NCBI GenBank assembly: GCA_964016885.1
Contig: OZ024743.1
Coordinates: 55,924,001-55,988,000, forward strand
Source: Eledone cirrhosa
Taxonomy: Eukaryota
Reading direction: 5' to 3'
DNA length: 64,000 nucleotides
Of the stretch, positions 57,529-64,000 are shown one piece after another; position 1 is the stretch's first letter; each line of letters begins with the position of its first letter. The position numbers and the translations under genes are program-made. The notes under the pieces were generated by a model, which was given only the letters and a program-made list of their open reading frames with translations, ran no database searches and was not told where the DNA came from.

Positions 57529-60190
57529 TTGGTGAGGGAAATAATACCTGTCTCCCCGCGAGTGTTGAGGGTGACCTTCAATGGAAACCTAAGACTGACT
57601 GTCATCTCAGCCTATAGTCCAACTGAGGGAGACACTGATGTGAGTGCGGAGGAGTTCCATTATGAGGTGTGTAGAGCTGTCAACACCACATAAGCTCACA
57701 ACATCCTGCTTGTTCTGGGGGACTTCAATGCACATCTGAGTAAGGAGAGCAGTGAAGATCCTTGCTGGTACTTCAATAAAAACACCAACCGAAATGGAAG
57801 ACTACTGAGAGACACCCCCCTACAGGAGAATTTGATAGCAACCAACCTAAGGTTTAGGAAGAATCCGGGGAAGATGTGGACATACATCTCAGATATTCAC
57901 CTGTCCAAGTCCCAGATTGAATTCATTCTGGTGAGGAAAAAGTGGCGGAATAGTGTTCTGAACACAGAACCATACAACTATTTCAGTACACTGGGCAGTA
58001 ACCACCGGCTTGTTATGAGTGAGGTCCGGCTGAGCTTAAGAAAGAGCAAGGCTCAGCCCCAGAGAGCAATCTATGACTGGAGAACTTTCAACGAAGATGA
58101 TAATCTACAGGAGAGGTTCACAGTAGAAATGAGGAACAGGTTCAGTGCTCTGTGTGGAGAGGCAGAGGAGGGAGAGATTGGAGGGACTGAGGAGTGTGTG
58201 ACGAGGAGGTACGGATACTTCACCATTGCAGTGGCGGAAGCAAGTGAGACCCTGGTGTCGAATAGAAAGAACAAGAGGAAGCACGTCAGTTCTGCAGACC
58301 CAAAGGTGTGTGCAGCCAGAGAACCCCTGAAAGTTGCCAAGGACCAATTCTAAAATGATCGTACGGAGGAGAGGAAGGAGAATATGGAGGTGATGAGGGA
58401 AGAACTCTGTATCGCTTACACCGAAGCCAGAGAGGAGGAACTGTTCGAGAAGATCAGAAGTGTGGAGAGAGCGGTTAACAAGTCTGGATGTAAAGAGAGC
58501 TGGATGATCATCAACGAGATCACAGGGAGGAAAAGGTGTTCGAGTCAGATCCAAGGAACAGGCCCTGAGTATAGGAAGAGGAAATGGCTGGACCATTTTA
58601 GGACCCTACTAGGAGAGCCGCCCTCCCAAGCCCAGAACACTGGAGAGATCAGGTGGCTGCTTGAGAGACTGGATATTGAGACAGGACCCTTCACCAGAAA
58701 GGAGCTTCAGAGAGCCAAGAAGAAGATCAAGGAGGGCAAGGCTCATGGGATAAGATGGGGTGGCATCAGATGTGTGATTTTGATGGTATCATCCAGGAGT
58801 TCTGTAACCAGGCACTGGCGAAAGGAGTTGCCTCAAATCAGTGAAGGATTAGTAACAGTCTCAGTGCCAAAGAAGGGAGATCTCTCTAACACCAACAACT
58901 ACAGGGGGATCTCACTGACGTCACTTGTGGCAAAGACCTCAACAGGATGATTCTTAACAGGATCCAGCCCGAGATGGAGAAGAAGCTCAGGGACAACTAG
59001 AACAGCTTCAGAGAGGGAAGATCAACCACCAGTCACATCCTGATGCTGAGGAGGATATTAGAGAGAGCTAGAGCAAAGTGCCTTCCTGCAGTTATGGTTT
59101 TCATTGACTTTAGGAGGGCCTTTGATTCTGTGGACCGTCACTTCCTGATGAAGATCTTACAGGCTTATGGAATCCCCAAGAAGATAGTGGACCTGATATC
59201 ACTGCTCTACACCAACACCAAAGCCCAGGTCATTACACCTGATGGGATGACAGAGTTCTTTGAGATACTGGCTGGTGTACTCCAGGGAGATACATTGGCT
59301 CCCTAACTTTTTATCATCGTAGTGGACTATTGTATGCGCCTTGCACTGGAGAAACACCAGGATTCTGGCTTTACTGTAGCACCGGCTCAGAGCAGGAGAG
59401 TTAAGGCGAAAAAGGTATCGGATGCTTAATTTGCCGACGACATAGTTTTGGTGACAAATACAGTGAAGGAGGCAGAGGATTTGATGCAGGAGGTTGAGAC
59501 TGTGTCGATGAGTGCGGGGCTGAGAATGAATGAGATTAAGACGAAGTATCTGGCAGAGAATATTAAGAAGCCAGTGAAGATTACTAATATAGGCGGGAAG
59601 CCGCTGGAATTGGTTGAGGACTTCCTGTATTTGGGAGCAAAGATTGGGAATACGGAAGATGATGTCGTCGAGAGGAAGAGCAAAGCCTGGGCGGCGTGCC
59701 ACAGCTTGAGATCGGAGTGGAAGTCGGGCCCTCGTAAAAACCTGAAGATCCATCTCTTCGTTGGTGTAGTGGAGTGTGTGGTGCTGTACGGGTATGAGAC
59801 TTGGACACTGACCAAGAAACTCACTCAGATGGTGGATGGGTGCTACACGAGAATGCTGAGGATGGCTCTGAACATTAATCAGTATACACTGAGGATGAAG
59901 AACTCAGAGCTGTACGGGAGCCTCCCAAAAGTCAGCTCGAAAGTGACAGAGGAGACTAAGGTTAGCTGGACATGCTCACCGACATCCAAAGTTGACACTG
60001 CACTCTGTGCTCCTGTGGGAGCCCCTGCATGGAAACACTGGAAGAGGAGGCCCGAGGTTAACATATGTTGATTCCCTAAGAACAGACACTGATCTCTTGG
60101 AGACACAGGACATGGCAGCGATAATGAGGGACGGAGACCGCTGGAAAGAACTCGTCCATGGATCTCGGGAATTTTACCCGCCCTAGACAT
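57529..60190 (+). pseudogene. RTE LINE (APE endonuclease + RT), 5'-truncated and disrupted
   Basis: ISAYSPT, VLGDFNAH, SNHRLV, NYRGISL, FIDFRRAFDSV, GVLQGDTLAP, FADD, VVLYGYETWTL. Confidence 0.92.
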
Positions 60191-60274
60191 AATATACAAA
60201 TGGCTTCTACAGGACTAGAACTGTTGAATTGAGTACCTTACTTACTGTGGTTACTCCCGATTGAACCCGGGATA

Positions 60275-60309
<35 letters not shown>

Positions 60310-60655
60310 CTGACACTCCATCAGTTTCTCGTGAAATTAACATGCATGTGTACTCTTAACGTAGTTCTCATGGAGATTCAGCGTGACACAGCGTGTGACA
60401 AGGTTGGCCATTCGAATTAGAGGCACAACTCATTTTTGCTAGCTGACTAGACTGGAGCAACGTGAAATCAGTGTCTTGCTCAAAGAGTCAACGACCAACA
60501 GGGAAATAAACACCCGACTTTATGATCGTGAGCCGAACGCCATAACAACTAAGCAACACACCTTTATTTTTAGGATACCAAATAAATGAAGTCCTAGATA
60601 TGTGAGCAGTATTCTGTTGTCTTGAGCTTTGTAATGGGTCAGCTTTGATGAAACT

Positions 60656-60847
60656 TACTCTCGCGTCCCAAATAATAGCGTGGGGGCTGTAATGATTTTA
60701 ATGTATAAAGAAAAATAATTATCGCAGGAATGCTACCACTTAAAATGATATTTAGCCGGAGATCATAATTTAATAAGCGGGGAGGGGTGGAAAAAATCTG
60801 AAAAAATAATGAGTTGGGGGAGGACGATTATTCGAGGCCCCAGAGTA
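60656..60847. mobile_element. Putative TA-flanked MITE
   Basis: Imperfect TIRs TACTCTCGCGTCCCAAATAAT / ATTATTCGAGGCCCCAGAGTA. Confidence 0.45.
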
Positions 60848-62779
60848 TTTTTAGGATATCATATGAAGTTGTCATTAACCTATTGGAAATTGACACATGT
60901 GTAGATCTCCATTAGATTTGGCTTTACAAAGGCAGTATTTGTGGTCATTAATGAAAGAGAGATATTCGAGATGAAGAAGAAAGGATGGTGATATTGCTAT
61001 AATACAAAAGTAGGCATTTTAACTGACTGGCAAAAGAAAGGTTCGGCAACATACTGCAACTTGTCCTTGGAATTTTGGATGTTATTATCTGTGAAATAAA
61101 CTTAAGTACATTTTATGAGGATTCCATTCCAGAGTCAATGCAGATTGTTTCAACTTTATTCAAGAGTTCTAAGAATATATTTATTAATCACAAAGCACTG
61201 CAATTTAGAATTCTTGGAATAAGAATCAACCGACACGAACACGCATCTAAATAATCTATATAATACTCATAATGATTATGATTGATATGACAGGGAACTA
61301 TTTAACAGAAGTCAGGATTATTAAAATAAAGTTGTATTTCCTTATATATGTTGGTGTTTAATAAACTGTGGATTATAGAAATTACAATCACCTCAGATTT
61401 AATCAGATCGCGTTATATTAGCATTGCTAGTAATATATGTTGCCAGTTAATAGCAACATAAATCGTATCATCTATATTTGAATAACAACGCAGACATACA
61501 CATAGGCACATATTCTATGTATTGATAGTGACATAGTGTCTCGCATATGATCAATATGAATACTGCCAAACAAAGATATACATTTTCAATATTGATCAGT
61601 ATCGATAATAGTTAGCTCATAAAAATTCTGTTCTGACCCATCGAATCAATCCTCAAAGACCGTATGTAAATTTAGTTTTCATATTAAAGCGAAAGTGTCT
61701 TTTGAATAAGGGAGTACAACGACTACAACTTATAACGAGAAGCAGACGATCAAAGGTGTAGATGATGTTTTTATTAGCAAAAGAAGATAGAGGGCGCTAT
61801 GAAACAGCACAGAAATGTATATTGATTGTTTATTGGACCAAGCTCTCAAAGTTATTATGTCATAAAACAGGGTATATTTTTTCCTTGTAATTTTTCGCAG
61901 ATGAAAGAGTGTTGATATTATATTTCTTTATTGAACATTCTACATTAATCTTTTGCAACAAATCTTCTCCAAATACCCCTTAGCTTATCGGTATTCCACG
62001 CCATTTTACTTTCACACTGATTATTACCAAATATTAAAAAAAAAGAAGATGAGACATATGTATGATAAATTTGGATACATTTTCATAATTCTCGCCATAA
62101 CTACTTACTTTCGTGACTTCTGCAGACTTTCTCCTAAGTATTTACTACAAACACAAGCACACACAAACACAAGCACACATAAACACACACACGCGCATAC
62201 ATACATACATACATACATACATACATACATACATACATACATACATACATACATACATGCATACATAATGCATACATGCATACACACATACATGCATACA
62301 TACATACTACATACATACATGCATGCATACATACATACATGCATGCACGCATACATGATGCATACATACATGCATGCATACATGATGCATACATACATAC
62401 ATACATACATACATACATACATACATACATACATACATGCATATATAATGCATACATGCATACATACATCCATACATACATGCATACATACATTCATGCA
62501 TACATGATGCATACATACAAACATACATACATACATACATACATACATACATACATACATACATACATACATACATGATGCATACATGCATACATACGTA
62601 CGTACATACATATATTTATACATACATATATAGATGCATAAACATACACTACAGACTGGGTGAGCACACATACAACCGTTACACACATATAAACACACAC
62701 TCACATACCAACCCAGCCGCACACACATCAATTTCAATCTATACATATATATTATACATATGCATAATTTGTGATTGAT

Positions 62780-62965
62780 GAATGTGTAAGGAGATAGTAA
62801 AAGCTGATATACATTAATCAATGGCACATAGATATCCTCCTTCTCTTGTATTTTTCTTACTACATTAACATGGAGTGGGCAGCTGACTTCTACAATAGGG
62901 CTTCTTTAGAATCTGTGGTATCAAACAGCAAAATCTTTCCGGTTGTGTTTTGATATGACGGCAAT
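62780..62965 (-). mobile_element. R4/Dong-like RLE fragment
   Basis: IVEVSCPLHVNVVRKIQEKEDIY matches 10380-10460. Confidence 0.75.
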
Positions 62966-63494
62966 ATGTATGTATGTAATGTATGTATGTATGAAATGTA
63001 TGTATGTAATGTATGTATGTATGTATGTATGTTTGTATGTATGTTTGTATGTATGAAATGTATGTATGTAATGTATGTATGTATGTTTGTATGTATGTAT
63101 GTGTGTATGTATGTTTGTATGTATGTATGTAATGTATGTATGTATGTATGTATGTATGTATGTATGTATGTATGTATGTATGTATATATGTGTATGTGTG
63201 TGTATGTATGTATGTATATATGTATGCGTGTTTGTATGTATGTAGGTATGTATATGTGTATGTATCTATGTATCTATGTATGCAAAGTATGTGCGTATGT
63301 GCGTATGTATGTCTTCATGTATGTATGCATCTATGTATGTATGTAATGTATGTAATGTATGTATCTATGTATGTATGTACGTATGTATGTGTGTATGTAT
63401 GTTTGTATGTATGTATGTATGTATGTATGTATGTATGTATGCACGTATGCATGTATGTATATATGCATGTATGTGTGTATGTATGAATGTATGT

Positions 63495-64000
63495 CGGGTC
63501 ACTCTTGAATGCTACTGTTAAAATGTAACCCAATACAACCTGTCGCATGGTCAGGTTGTCGGCGACTAAACCGGCAACCCCACCAAGTTTACTTGGTTGT
63601 GAAGGGTGATTTTGGACACCCTGCAGGACAAAAAACAAAACCTGACAAAGGGCCTAAGAACTCAACGGCTATCCAAAAGTGTGTAAATATGTACCGCGCG
63701 GTTAAACCACTGGGAGTGAAGGACCCCTAGCCATTGTCAGGGCATTCTTCTAGGAGAAAGCAACTCAGGAAACTGGGATAACTCTGATATAAAACCTGCG
63801 GCTCAATAGTTACCGATGATGTTGATCTTTTCTTCTTTTCGGGTTATAGCTACTATCGTTCAGAGAGTGGGATTGGCTCAGTGCACAGTCTTTCCTCACT
63901 TTAAAAAATATTTTCATGCACAAGCATTGCACGATAGAATTAATTAATAATTATTAATAATGGTATATCGTGCAATGGCGATACTCAATAAGGAGGGGGC
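63495..64000 (+). mobile_element. Non-autonomous RTE-derived element, subfamily 2 (runs off the window end)
   Basis: Matches 15763-16306; preceded by (TATG)n. Confidence 0.75.

Noticed and set aside
60880-61100. Possible minus-strand exon after TTTATTTCACAG
   Set aside because: All frames stop within about 45 codons, the donor is weak and no homology is recognised.

Overview
Eukaryotic, AT-rich, microsatellite-saturated genomic DNA with no recognisable host gene. The repeat content (tRNA-derived SINEs resembling the octopus OK/OR families, (TA)n/(TACA)n density) suggests a coleoid cephalopod, which is inference only. The window is mostly retroelements: Penelope-like elements (PLEs; RT + C-terminal GIY-YIG) and their 3'-tail fragments inserted as inverted pairs in (TA)n, decayed RTE, R4/Dong-like (RLE), Tx1/L1 and CR1-type LINEs, a bipartite RTE-derived non-autonomous family, two SINE families, a hAT MITE and a Tigger relic. 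The main finding is a 5.4-kb bidirectional array (47093-52470) of a near-identical 310-bp non-coding, highly self-complementary unit. Each unit carries a complete type I hammerhead ribozyme (17 copies), so it looks like a very recent retrozyme/circRNA-derived insertion. At least six further distinct hammerhead motifs mark PLE tails, and five otherwise unrelated tail families share a conserved ACTC-hairpin-GAGT motif about 40-57 nt from their 3' ends. Most ORFs in the supplied track are microsatellite translations. Coordinates were read by eye, and element edges may be off by some bases.
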